A stretch of 64,000 nt of DNA, taken from the NCBI GenBank assembly GCA_965243025.1, contig CBDETY010000003.1, positions 2,848,001-2,912,000 of the forward strand, given 5' to 3'. Position numbers and translations under genes: made by a program. Under the pieces are notes generated by a model. The model did no database searches and was not told where the DNA came from. It was given only the letters and a program-made list of their open reading frames with translations. Below, one piece after another: positions 38,488 through 48,127 of the stretch; position 1 is the stretch's first letter, and the number at the start of each line of letters is the position of its first letter. Source of the stretch: Candidatus Latescibacterota bacterium. Lineage in GTDB: Bacteria > Latescibacterota > UBA2968 > UBA8231.

Positions 38488-38630
38488 GATCCTTTCACCT
38501 CCTGTGGTATCTCCGTTTCTGCTGCATTGAATGCTTTCCGTGCCAATGTTTCCGGCGGGATGTCCCCTGCTGCCGGCGGCCCCCGTTCCTCTCCCGCTGG
38601 CCGGCTCTCTTTTTTCCCCGCCCCCGGCCG

Positions 38631-39359
38631 CTACAGGCCCGCCTTTTCCAGCATGCGCCCGACCAGCCCGACCGAATGCTCGATGCAGTCGCGCCCGTGA
38701 CCGGCCGTGGCGTCGCGCGGGTCTTCGCCGCCGACCCCCTGGGGCCAGACCCCGCGGTCGGGATCGAGGGCTCCGAGGTCGACCAGCTCGGCCCTCAAGG
38801 CCATCACCAGCGACGTCTCGTTGCGGGCGGCGTGGTCGATCTGGCTCTTCCACTCCCCCGCCACCTCTGCGGTGACCCCGAGCAGCTCGAGCCCGAAGCG
38901 CGCCTTGCGCTCCTCCAGGTGGGTCACCCAGGAGCGCCGCGACGGGCCGTGGCCGTCGGCGAAGACCGCCTTGAAACCGGCCCGCTTCACCTGCTCGAGG
39001 ACGGCGTCGACGAGGGCGAGGAACAGCCCCTGCGAGACCCAGTAGCAGCTGCCGTCGAGCTGCCGGTTCGGCGCCGTCACATCGGCCGTGTCCATCCCCT
39101 GCAGGAAGCTGCCGTCCGGCTGCAGCGATGCCCGGTCAGGTCCGAGGTGAATCGGCGGCAGCACGATCCCCCCGAAACGGCGGGCGCACTCGCACATCAC
39201 GCCCTCGCTGATGATGGCGTCGCTGCCGAGGGGCAGCTGCTCGCCGTGCCACTCCAGGGTTCCCAGGGGCAGGTAGGCCAGGGGCCGCCGCGCCAAGCGC
39301 TCGCGGAACTCCTGCGGCCTCATCTCGGCGTATCGCACCTTGTCGGACACTTTCGTCAT
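38631..39359 (-). CDS. Creatininase/creatinine amidohydrolase family protein
   Basis: LPLGTLEWHGEQLPLGSD, DGHGPS, DHAARNETS; ATGA overlap with the upstream gene. Confidence 0.9.
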   Translation of the reverse strand: MTKVSDKVRYAEMRPQEFRERLARRPLAYLPLGTLEWHGEQLPLGSDAIISEGVMCECARRFGGIVLPPIHLGPDRASLQPDGSFLQGMDTADVTAPNRQLDGSCYWVSQGLFLALVDAVLEQVKRAGFKAVFADGHGPSRRSWVTHLEERKARFGLELLGVTAEVAGEWKSQIDHAARNETSLVMALRAELVDLGALDPDRGVWPQGVGGEDPRDATAGHGRDCIEHSVGLVGRMLEKAGL

Positions 39360-41377
39360 CCCTCTCCGCTGACGCGGGCGAACCCGTCGGGCGCCCTCAT
39401 GTTCTCTGCCGCGGCGCGGATCCAGGCGCCGGAGCGGACGCGTTCCTCGACCCGCAGGTGGGCGACCTCGCCGTCGAGGCGGCTGCAGCCCTCGAGCTCG
39501 CCGACCTGCACCCCGGCGCTGCAGGCCCCCAGTTCTCCCTTCCCCTTCGCGGTCCCCGCCAGCGTCCCGTCGATGTAGAGCCGCGCCTCCGCCCCGTCGT
39601 AGACCCCGGCGACGTGATGCCACCCCGGACCCGGGTTGCAGTTTGCCCGGGCGCTCACCGGACCGGTCCTGGTGTTGACGGTGAACACCGGCCCGGGCAC
39701 CGACGCCCCGAGGCCGCCGTTGTGGCCGCAGTCCATGTACTTCAGCAGGAACCGCGCCCCCTCCCCGGCGGTGTCGTAGCGCAGCACCTGCCCGTGCGGG
39801 AAGATCGAGCCGTCCCCGGTCGGGTCGCCCGGCTCCCCGTCCTTGCGCCACGGCGCGAAGTAGAGGAAACGGCCGTCGAAGGCGCCGCCGTTGAAGCCGC
39901 CGGGATTGGGGGGCGCCAGCAGCGAGCCGTCCGCGGCGCTCCAGGCCTCCCCGTCGGCGAACTCCATGCTGGTGTCGTAGCGCAGCAGCTCGCAGTGGAA
40001 GCCGCTCTCGCCGCCGCCGCTGTAGAAGGGGATGAAGTACACGTAGCGCCCGTCGAACAGGGCGCCGTCGAAGCCGCGGCACTCCAGCCCGGAGGTCCCG
40101 GCGACGTCGCGCGCCTCCCAGCCCGCGCCCGCCTCGAACCGGGCCCCGGTGTCGAAGCGCACCACCGCAGCGTTGTCGCCGTAGGGCGCGTAGTAGACGT
40201 AGCGGCCGTCGAACACCGCCCCGACGCACATGGCGATCGGCGGATCGGTGGCGCCGCGGATGTCGCAGGCCTCCCAGCTCCCCGGATCCGCGAACGGCCG
40301 GCGGGTGTCGTAGCGCAGCATGTTGCCGCGGCGGCTCAGGGGGGCGAAGTACACATGGCGGCCGTCGAAAACCGCCCCGTCGTAGCAGGAGCAGGCCACC
40401 CCGCCGGTGTTTCCCGCGTCCCAGGTCTCGTAGCTGCCCGCCTCGTCGAACGGCGCCGCGGTGTCGTAGCGGATCACCAGACCGCTCCCGCCGCCGCTGC
40501 CGTCGTATCCGGGGACGTAGTAGATGTAGCGCCCGTCGAAGGCGCACCCCTGGGAGGAGCGCGCCAGCCCGAGGTCGAACGCCTCCCAGGCGGCCGGGTC
40601 GCGGAAGTCGCCGTTGCCGGCGTCGTAACGCAGCATGGCGGAGTGGAGCTTCCCGCCGCTGTTGTGGCGCGGCACGTAGTAGACGTAACGGCCGGCGCAA
40701 ACGACCCCGTAGTACCCGGTGGTGTCGAGCCCCGCGGTCCTGCCGGCGTCGCGGGCCGCCCAGCTTCCCGGGTCGTCGAAGCCGCCGTGGGTGTCGTAGC
40801 GCAGGGCCGTGCCGTGGCGCCCGGTGGTGTTGCACTGCGGCGAGAAATAGACGTAGCGGCCGTCGCACATCGCCCCGAAGAACCCCCGCGTCTCCAGGCC
40901 GTCGGTGGCGCCGGCGTCGTAGGTGGCGAAGCGCTCGAGAGCGGGCGCCAGGGGCCACTGCGAGGCGATCACTTGCATCTGTTCGGCACGGGATTCCCCG
41001 GCGCGGATCCAGGACTCGACGGTCAGGGCGCTGCCCCCGCCGTTCCCGCCGCTCGATTTGTCCGTCGCCCGCGCGGAAACTCCTGAAGCGGGGAACCGGC
41101 AGCTCCGGGTGAACGGGTCTTCGGGATTTCCGGAACCGCTGCCGCCGGGCACGGCGAAGAAGACGGTGTCGGCCGCCGCGGCTACCCCGGGCAGCAGCAC
41201 CCGGACCAGGGATTCCCCGGGGGTTCCGAACCGGACCCACGGAAGCTCCCTGCCGCTGGAGTCAGCGAACGCGAGGCCGGCTGCCGCCGCGCCCTCCGGG
41301 AGCCTCACCACCACCGGAAAATCCGCGAGATCGGCGGCCGCTGTCCCGGCGGGAATGGTGATGCGCAGCCGCTTCAT
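39356..41377 (-). CDS. LamG/concanavalin-like protein interrupted by a 7-repeat beta-propeller; DUF2341-like N-terminus
   Basis: N-terminus LADFPVVVRL..FADSSGRELPW; LamG halves LTVESWI and WHHVAGVYDG..LYIDG; seven GxxxDGRYxYxxP..RYDT repeats between them. Confidence 0.8.
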   Translation of the reverse strand: MKRLRITIPAGTAAADLADFPVVVRLPEGAAAAGLAFADSSGRELPWVRFGTPGESLVRVLLPGVAAAADTVFFAVPGGSGSGNPEDPFTRSCRFPASGVSARATDKSSGGNGGGSALTVESWIRAGESRAEQMQVIASQWPLAPALERFATYDAGATDGLETRGFFGAMCDGRYVYFSPQCNTTGRHGTALRYDTHGGFDDPGSWAARDAGRTAGLDTTGYYGVVCAGRYVYYVPRHNSGGKLHSAMLRYDAGNGDFRDPAAWEAFDLGLARSSQGCAFDGRYIYYVPGYDGSGGGSGLVIRYDTAAPFDEAGSYETWDAGNTGGVACSCYDGAVFDGRHVYFAPLSRRGNMLRYDTRRPFADPGSWEACDIRGATDPPIAMCVGAVFDGRYVYYAPYGDNAAVVRFDTGARFEAGAGWEARDVAGTSGLECRGFDGALFDGRYVYFIPFYSGGGESGFHCELLRYDTSMEFADGEAWSAADGSLLAPPNPGGFNGGAFDGRFLYFAPWRKDGEPGDPTGDGSIFPHGQVLRYDTAGEGARFLLKYMDCGHNGGLGASVPGPVFTVNTRTGPVSARANCNPGPGWHHVAGVYDGAEARLYIDGTLAGTAKGKGELGACSAGVQVGELEGCSRLDGEVAHLRVEERVRSGAWIRAAAENMRAPDGFARVSGEG

Positions 41378-41405
41378 CGCACCGCGCCGCCGCCGGATGG
41401 CTCCC

Positions 41406-42398
41406 TCAGCCCCCGACCGCCCGCATCAGGGTCTCCTGGACCAGCAGTTCGTGCTCGTACGGCCGGTCCGGCTCGCGCTCGCCGGTGACCGCCGCCAGGA
41501 ACGCGGCCAGCTCCTCGTCGTAGCAGCCCTGGCGCTCGCGGCCCTCCATTTCGACGGTCTGGACTCCCTTGCGGTAGCCGCCGCGGTCCTCGTCGAGGCA
41601 GAGTCGCACCCGGTCGCCCGGCTCGAACGGCTCGAGGATGATGGCGCTGCCCCGGGTGCCGTAGACCTCGAAGCGGCGCGCCATCGGCGACGTCTCCATG
41701 GCGGCGATGTCGACGACGGCGACGGCATTCTCGAACTCGTACACGCCGATGGTGTTGTCGCTGAACTCCGGGACCTCGCCGGTGTCGTTGCGCAGGAAGG
41801 CGGTGACCTTTTGCGGGCGCCCCAGCATCCAGACGACCTGGTCGAGCATGTGGCCGGCGAGGTCGTAATGGACGCCGCCGCGGTGGGCATCGGCGATGCG
41901 CTGGCGCGCCTCGGGCGGGACGCTCGTCGACATGTGGGCCCGCACCGAGAAGACGTCGCCGAGGAAGCCCGACCGCGCCCACTCCGTCACCTGCCGGAAA
42001 AGCGGGTTGTAGCGCAGCATGTACCCCATCTGCACGACGAGGTTGCCGGCGCGCGCCGCGGCGATCACCCGCTCCCACTGCCGGTAGTCGTCGCCGGCCG
42101 GCTTGTCGTACCAGGCGTGCTTGCCGGCGGCGACGATCTGCTCCGTCTGGTCGAGGCTGTTGGAGTTGCGCCCCTCCGAGGCGACGGCGACGATGCTGTC
42201 GTCGGCGAGCATCTCCCCGGCGCTGTCGTACCAGTGCAGGCCTTCGTACTCCGGGTTGTCGGCGAACCTCCGGCGGTCCTCCTCTTCCGGCTCGAAGACC
42301 CCGGCGACCTCGACGCCGGGGTTCGTCCTCATGGAACGCATCTTTCCGGCCGCGTGCCCGTGCCCGATGCCGAGCTGGGCCATGCGCACTTTTCCCAT
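41406..42398 (-). CDS. Gfo/Idh/MocA family oxidoreductase
   Basis: AQLGIGHGHA, GKHAWYDKP, GYMLRY, DLAGHMLD. Confidence 0.9.
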   Translation of the reverse strand: MGKVRMAQLGIGHGHAAGKMRSMRTNPGVEVAGVFEPEEEDRRRFADNPEYEGLHWYDSAGEMLADDSIVAVASEGRNSNSLDQTEQIVAAGKHAWYDKPAGDDYRQWERVIAAARAGNLVVQMGYMLRYNPLFRQVTEWARSGFLGDVFSVRAHMSTSVPPEARQRIADAHRGGVHYDLAGHMLDQVVWMLGRPQKVTAFLRNDTGEVPEFSDNTIGVYEFENAVAVVDIAAMETSPMARRFEVYGTRGSAIILEPFEPGDRVRLCLDEDRGGYRKGVQTVEMEGRERQGCYDEELAAFLAAVTGEREPDRPYEHELLVQETLMRAVGG

Positions 42399-42404
42399 GT
42401 CCTC

Positions 42405-43424
42405 CTACTCTCCTTGTGTGTCGATCAGAACCTTCATCAGCTCGCCGCCCGCCTCGATCTCCTCGAAGACCCCCTGCAGGTCGCCGAGCCCCCGGCGCGC
42501 CGAGATCAGACGCTCCAGCGGCAGCTCCCCCGAGGCGACCAGCGCTATCGCCGCGTCGTAGTCCTCCGGCTCGTACACGCGCACCCCGCACAGCCTCAGC
42601 TCGCGCCAGAAGAAGCGGAACAGGTCGATCCGCGGCGGATCGGCGAAGATGGCGACGACGACGATGCGGCCCCGCGTGCGCACTAGCTCCGTCATCACCC
42701 GCGCCCCCTCCTGGGTGCCGGAGACTTCGAAGAGCACGTCGGCGCCCCCGGGGCTGTGCTCCTCCACCGCCCCGGCGAGGTCGCGGGCGCGCGGGTCCAC
42801 CGTCTCGAAACCGAGGCCGCGGGCGAACTCCACCCGGAACGGGTTGACCTCGGCCAGCAGCACCTCGGCCCCGGCGTGGCGGCAGACCAGGGCGACCAGG
42901 GTGCCGATCGGGCCGCCGCCGATGACTACCGCCCGTTCCCCCGGTTTCACCTCGCCGAGACGCACGTCGTGGCAGGCCACGGCGAGCGGCTCGATCAGGG
43001 CGGCAAGCTCCATCGAGATGCCGTCCGGCAGCCGGTGCAGGGTGTGGGCGGGAACCGTCCAGGAAGCCTGGAAGGCCCCGGGGCTGTCGATGCCGATGAA
43101 GTTGAGGTTCTGGCAGATGTGCCCGTGTCCGCGGCGGCAGGCCGGGCAGCTGTGGCACGGCTCCAGCGGCCGCACCACGACGCCGTCCCCCGGGCCCCAG
43201 CCGTCGACCCCGGGACCGGTCTCGGCGACCGTCCCGGACATCTCGTGGCCGATCACCACCGGCGTGCGCACGCGCTGGTCCATGTGGCCCTGGAAGATGT
43301 GCAGGTCGGTTCCGCACACGCCGCACCAGGCGACCTCGACCCTGACCTGTCCGGGCCCCGGCGCCACCGGTTCGCACGGCCCCACCCCGATCTTCTTTCC
43401 GCCCTCGTAGAACGCCGCTTGCAC
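42405..43424 (-). CDS. Zinc-dependent alcohol dehydrogenase (MDR family, sugar/polyol type)
   Basis: GTG 43424; CGVCGTD, GHEMSG, CHSCPACRRGHGHIC structural Zn cluster, IEPLAV, GGGPIG. Confidence 0.93.
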   Translation of the reverse strand: MQAAFYEGGKKIGVGPCEPVAPGPGQVRVEVAWCGVCGTDLHIFQGHMDQRVRTPVVIGHEMSGTVAETGPGVDGWGPGDGVVVRPLEPCHSCPACRRGHGHICQNLNFIGIDSPGAFQASWTVPAHTLHRLPDGISMELAALIEPLAVACHDVRLGEVKPGERAVVIGGGPIGTLVALVCRHAGAEVLLAEVNPFRVEFARGLGFETVDPRARDLAGAVEEHSPGGADVLFEVSGTQEGARVMTELVRTRGRIVVVAIFADPPRIDLFRFFWRELRLCGVRVYEPEDYDAAIALVASGELPLERLISARRGLGDLQGVFEEIEAGGELMKVLIDTQGE

Positions 43425-43803
43425 GGTTGCTGTCTCCCTGGGAAGCACTTGCGGCAGCCTACGTCCCGCCGCGAAGGGGCAGATAATAGCGAGGACGCCT
43501 GCTGTTCTCAATCGCGGCGGCGGGGGCAAGCGGATGCCGGAGGCCTGGGAAAGCCGGCCGCCTGCTCCTGCAACAGGTTGCAGTGGAATGAAATACAGCC
43601 GCTCCGGCGTTGCGGTTGCAAGGTGTAGCGGATTGAACGGACGGGCGGAAGCAGCGGCCGATCCCGGGCGGCGCGGAGGCCGGGGATCAGGCAGCCGGGC
43701 CAGCCGCGGCCGACGCGGGTGCAATGCGGGCGGGATGGAGCGCAGGACGGGGTAGAGCTTCCGGGGGGCGCGGCGGGCAGGAAGGGCAGCCAGAGACCGC
43801 CGT

Positions 43804-43839
43804 ACAAAACAACAGGAGGCAACCAAGGTTGCCTCCTGT
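43804..43839 (-). terminator. Putative intrinsic terminator hairpin
   Basis: Perfect 13-bp inverted repeat acaggaggcaacc-aa-ggttgcctcctgt (43812-43839), followed on the minus strand by TGTTTTGT. Confidence 0.5.
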
Positions 43840-44203
43840 CGGGGAAAAGGGCCGGACGGGGGAGTAAATGTCCGTCCGGCGAACTGGCATCCGGCACGAG
43901 GCGGCCCTGCCGGACGCCCCCACCCGTTTCCGGGTGAAATCGGCGCCGGAATCGCTCCCGGCGTCGATCGTGGGGATTGGCCAAATCCTACGAATCGGCC
44001 CGGGGAAAGTCAAGGAAAAGAAAAGGCCGACAGGATCGCCTCTGTCCTGCCGGCCCGCAAAAAGCTCGCCACCGTCGAAGGGTGACCGGCTTTTTGTTTT
44101 GAACAGCCCAATACTACTTTCATACCGTCTGCTTGTCAAGCGAAAATCTAGGCCTAGGTCTTGTTTTTTATGCGGTTGTACTCAGTCAGCCCGGAGGTTT
44201 GAG

Positions 44204-44836
44204 ATGCCCGGTACAGTCTTTTATATCGCCGATCCGATGTGCTCCTGGTGCTGGGGGTTCGCCCCTGCCCTCGCCGCGGTCGAGGCGGAGCTGCCTGCCG
44301 AGGTCCCCCTGCGCTACGTAATGGGGGGCCTTGCCCCCGACTCCGACGAACCGATGGCACCGGAGGTGCGCGCCTACGTGCAGGAGAACTGGCGCGCCGT
44401 CGAGGCGGAGACCGGTGCCTCCTTCAACTGGGATTTCTGGGAGCGCTGCCTCCCCCGGCGTTCCACCTACCCCGCCTGCAGGGCGGTCCTGGCGGCGCGG
44501 CAGCAGGACTCGGGGCCGGCGATGTTCCGGGCCGTCCAGCGCGCCTACTACGCCGAGGCCCGCAATCCCTCCGACCTCGAGACCCTCACCGCCCTCGCGG
44601 AGGAACTCGGGCTCGACGCCGCCGGCTTCGAGCGGGATATCGCCTCCCCCGAGGTCGAAGCGCAGCTGCAGGGGGACTTCGAGACCCGCCGGCGGCTCGG
44701 GGTGCGCGAGTTTCCCACCCTGCTGCTCGAATCGCCGGCAGGTTCGGGGAAGAAGGCCCTTCTCGCCCGCGGCTGGGCGTCCTCCCGCGCCGTCCTCGCC
44801 GCCCTTCGCCGGGCTCTGGGCGCCGCGGCTGACTGA
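44204..44836 (+). CDS. DsbA-family thioredoxin-fold protein
   Basis: GGAGG RBS; ADPMCSWCWGF (CxxC), TYPACRAV, GVREFPTL (cis-Pro). Confidence 0.9.
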   Translation: MPGTVFYIADPMCSWCWGFAPALAAVEAELPAEVPLRYVMGGLAPDSDEPMAPEVRAYVQENWRAVEAETGASFNWDFWERCLPRRSTYPACRAVLAARQQDSGPAMFRAVQRAYYAEARNPSDLETLTALAEELGLDAAGFERDIASPEVEAQLQGDFETRRRLGVREFPTLLLESPAGSGKKALLARGWASSRAVLAALRRALGAAAD

Positions 44837-45001
44837 GCGCCCGCGGTCGCTTATGTTCCTCCCCGGCGCCGGCGGCCGGGGCGCATTTCCTCAGTCTTCG
44901 GGGCGGTCCTCGCGCCGAACCCGCACTCGTGCCCGGGGCCGGCCGCACCTGACCTTCAAGAAGTGGTTCCCCACCCTGCCGGGTTTCCCTGGAGTAGATG
45001 A

Positions 45002-45991
45002 ATGAGCTCTGAACGATTCCTGATCACCGGCGCCTACGGCTGCGTCGGAGCCTGGGCCGCCCGCCTCCTGGTCGCCGAGGGGGTTCCGGTCTGGACCTAC
45101 GACCTGGGCGGCGACCCCCACCGCCTGCGGCTGGCGATGGACGACGGGGAGATGGCCGCCGTCCACATGGAGACCGGCGACATTACCGACGCGGCGGCCT
45201 TCGACCGCGTCGTCGCCGAAAACGGCATCACCCACATCGTTCACCTCGCCGCCCTGCAGGTCCCCCTGGTGCGCGCCGATCCGGTGGCCGGGGCCGCGGT
45301 GAACGTCGTCGGCACGACCGTCGTCCTCGAGACCGCCCGGCGCCGCGCCGACCAGGTTCGCGGAGTCGCCTTCGCCAGCTCCTTCGGAGTGTACGGCGAT
45401 CCGGAAAACTACCCCCCCGGACCGATAGCCCACGACGCGCCGCTGACGCCGCCGACCCTCTACGGGGTCTTCAAGCAGGCGAACGAGGGAACCGCGGCCG
45501 TGTATTGGCGCGAGAACCGGCTGCCGTCGATCGGCCTGAGGCCCTGCGTCGTGTACGGCCCCGGCAGGGACCAGGGCTGGACCTCGACGCCGACCAAGGC
45601 GATGCTCGCCGCCGCGCTCGGCCGCGAGTACCGCATCACCTACGGGGGCACCCTCGTCTACCACCACGCCGAGGACGTCGCCGCGGCGATGATCCTGGCG
45701 GCCCGCACCCGGATCGAAGGGGCCCCGGTCTACAACCTCGGGGGCAGCACCGCCCACATGCGGGATATCGTCGCCGCCATCGAGGAGGCGGTTCCAGGCG
45801 CCAGGGGCAGCATCAGCTTCGATCCGGCGGCCCTGCCCCATCCCTCCGAGGTCGACGACTCCCAGCTGAGCGCCGACATCCCCGGCATCCGCTGGCGGTC
45901 CCTCGCCGACGGGGTGCGCGACTCGGTCGAGCTCTTCCGCAGGGCGGCTGCGGCCGGCCGCATCGACGTCGAGCGCGCCCTCGCCCAGTAG
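45002..45991 (+). CDS. NAD-dependent epimerase/dehydratase
   Basis: LITGAYGCVG, HLAALQ, ASS, YGVFK (YxxxK), VYGPGRD. Confidence 0.92.
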   Translation: MSSERFLITGAYGCVGAWAARLLVAEGVPVWTYDLGGDPHRLRLAMDDGEMAAVHMETGDITDAAAFDRVVAENGITHIVHLAALQVPLVRADPVAGAAVNVVGTTVVLETARRRADQVRGVAFASSFGVYGDPENYPPGPIAHDAPLTPPTLYGVFKQANEGTAAVYWRENRLPSIGLRPCVVYGPGRDQGWTSTPTKAMLAAALGREYRITYGGTLVYHHAEDVAAAMILAARTRIEGAPVYNLGGSTAHMRDIVAAIEEAVPGARGSISFDPAALPHPSEVDDSQLSADIPGIRWRSLADGVRDSVELFRRAAAAGRIDVERALAQ

Positions 45992-46008
45992 GTGGCTCCG
46001 CCCCGGTT

Positions 46009-46887
46009 TCAGTCCGTCGAGATCCTGTAGGAGGTCTGCCCGATCACCTCGTGATCAGATGCCCGCGCCAGCTCCATGGCGCGTTCGGTGACCGGGAAGC
46101 AGTAGCGGGTTTCCGCCGACATCCTGATGAACCCCTCGGCGTAGGCGCAGCCCCCGGCCTGCCCGAAGGCGCCGTCGCTGGTCTCGATCCGCTTGCGCGC
46201 GTAGGCGCCGCCGTACCCCTGGCTGACCAGGGCGTCGAGGGCGGCGAGCTTCCTGTCGACGACGTCGGTGATGTCGATGAACAGGTCGTTGTAGTACCCG
46301 CCTTCGGAGCCCCAGACGTCGCGCGGCAGGGGCGCCCCCCCGCAGCCGAAGAAGAAGACCTGGGCCACCTTGTGGGGCGGACGCCGGTCCCCCGGGTCGA
46401 CCCCGGCGGCGTGGGACAGCGCGTGCATGACGATCTGCCCGGCGGTGGCGTGGGCGTTCGTCTTGCCGTCTCCCTCCCTGGGGAAGTGGGTCAGCACGAT
46501 GTCGGGCTTGAGCTCCCGGAGCAGGCGGGCGACGGTCCGCACCGCCTCCTCGGTCACCATCAGCACGGCGTCGTCGATCCCGAGAAAGCGGACCTCCTCG
46601 ACCCCGAGGGAGCTGCAGGCCCTGCGCACCTCTTCCGCCTTGACGTCGGAGCGCTCCGCCATCAGTTGCTTCAGCTCCCCGGCTTCGGGAACCTCTTCGC
46701 GGTGGAACATCCCGTCGCTGATCACGGCGTCGTGCACCCGGGCGCCGTGGGTCAGCACCACGCATCCCACCCAGTCGCCGCGCGCCGCGTGATGGGCCAT
46801 GGCGCCGCCGGACTGGTCGAAGATGTCGGCGGGATGGGCGCCGATCGACAGGATTCGCAGGGGTTCCGCACTCCCGCCGGCGCTCAT
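46009..46887 (-). CDS. PIG-L/LmbE-family deacetylase with variant metal motif
   Basis: ILSIGAHPADIFD..GG, VLTHG, KPDIVLTH, DITDV..K..AL, YAEGF. Confidence 0.85.
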   Translation of the reverse strand: MSAGGSAEPLRILSIGAHPADIFDQSGGAMAHHAARGDWVGCVVLTHGARVHDAVISDGMFHREEVPEAGELKQLMAERSDVKAEEVRRACSSLGVEEVRFLGIDDAVLMVTEEAVRTVARLLRELKPDIVLTHFPREGDGKTNAHATAGQIVMHALSHAAGVDPGDRRPPHKVAQVFFFGCGGAPLPRDVWGSEGGYYNDLFIDITDVVDRKLAALDALVSQGYGGAYARKRIETSDGAFGQAGGCAYAEGFIRMSAETRYCFPVTERAMELARASDHEVIGQTSYRISTD

Positions 46888-47870
46888 GACCGCTCCAGGG
46901 GAATGGGAACGCGGACGTTGCCGCGGACCTGCGACTGCAGGCAGGCGAGCATCATCTCGACGACCGCCAGGCCGTCGCGGCCGGTGCAGGAGAGCTCCCC
47001 TTCACCGTCGAGGACGCTGACCAGCTCGCGGACCCCGGCTTCGATCCCCTCGAACTCCCACTGCGGCGCCGCAACCGGTTCGCGCTGCTCGCCGCGGTCG
47101 AGGAAGGCGTTCTCCCCCTCGATCAGGAGGCGCCCCTCCGTGCCGCTGACGATGAACTCGGTCCGCCGCTGGGCCCGCTTGTCCCCGTGGTACACCCCGC
47201 GCACCCCGTTGTCGAAGCGGATCAGGGCGTTGGCGCTCGGCTCGGTGGCCGGATCGTGGCCGCCGTCCCCGCGGTACTCCCCGTACTCTTCATACCCGTC
47301 TTCGAGCTCGGCGACGACCCACTGCGGGCGGCCCCCGGCGAACCACATGATGGCGTCGAGCATGTGGGTGCCGTTGCGGAACAGCATCGAGCGGGAGCTG
47401 TGGAACAGCAGCACGACGCTGCGCACCTCGCCGATGGCCCCTTCGGCCGCCAACTCCTGGCAATGGTGCCAGAGGGGGTACCAGTGGCGGGTGTGGTCGA
47501 CGGACAGCAGGGTGCCGCTGGCCTCGGCGGCCGCGACCATGCGGTCGGCCTCGGCGAGGGTGGTCGCCAGCGGCTTCTCGCAGAAGATCCCCTTCACCCC
47601 GGCTTCGGCCGCGTCCACCGCCATGGTCGCGTGGGCGTTGTCCCCGGTGGCTATGGTGACGATGTCGGGCCTGGCCTCATCGAGCATCTCGCGGTAGTCG
47701 CTGTACATCTTCAGGCCGGGGTTCGTCGGCCGGAACTCCTCCTCGAAGCTCTGCCGCTGCTCTTCGACGAGGTCGCATCCGGCCACCACCTCGGCGTTGT
47801 CGAGCCCGTCCGCGCCCCGGGCATGGCGGTTTCCGATCCCCCTGCAGCCGATTACTCCTACTCTGTACAT
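46884..47870 (-). CDS. Gfo/Idh/MocA family oxidoreductase
   Basis: VGVIGCRGIG, IFCEKPLA, NGTHMLD. Confidence 0.92.
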   Translation of the reverse strand: MYRVGVIGCRGIGNRHARGADGLDNAEVVAGCDLVEEQRQSFEEEFRPTNPGLKMYSDYREMLDEARPDIVTIATGDNAHATMAVDAAEAGVKGIFCEKPLATTLAEADRMVAAAEASGTLLSVDHTRHWYPLWHHCQELAAEGAIGEVRSVVLLFHSSRSMLFRNGTHMLDAIMWFAGGRPQWVVAELEDGYEEYGEYRGDGGHDPATEPSANALIRFDNGVRGVYHGDKRAQRRTEFIVSGTEGRLLIEGENAFLDRGEQREPVAAPQWEFEGIEAGVRELVSVLDGEGELSCTGRDGLAVVEMMLACLQSQVRGNVRVPIPLERS

Positions 47871-48127
47871 CTCCTGTCTCTCCTGTTTGTGTGGAAATGT
47901 GTGCGAAACCGCCGCGGGCCGCGGCGGCTCGTCTGGTTACGGTCCAATACCTCGAGCTGTTCCCCTGGTCATCCTGAAGGTCCGGCTCCATCCTCCGGGT
48001 CCGGCACGCCAGCGTCTCCCGGTGCGGCGAACATCCCGGCTGGCCGGGAACTTCAGACTGTATCCCATCTGGTGCGGGTCCGACACACCCAAGCTCCCTC
48101 GGCCGCCAGCATCCCGGCTGCCCGGGC

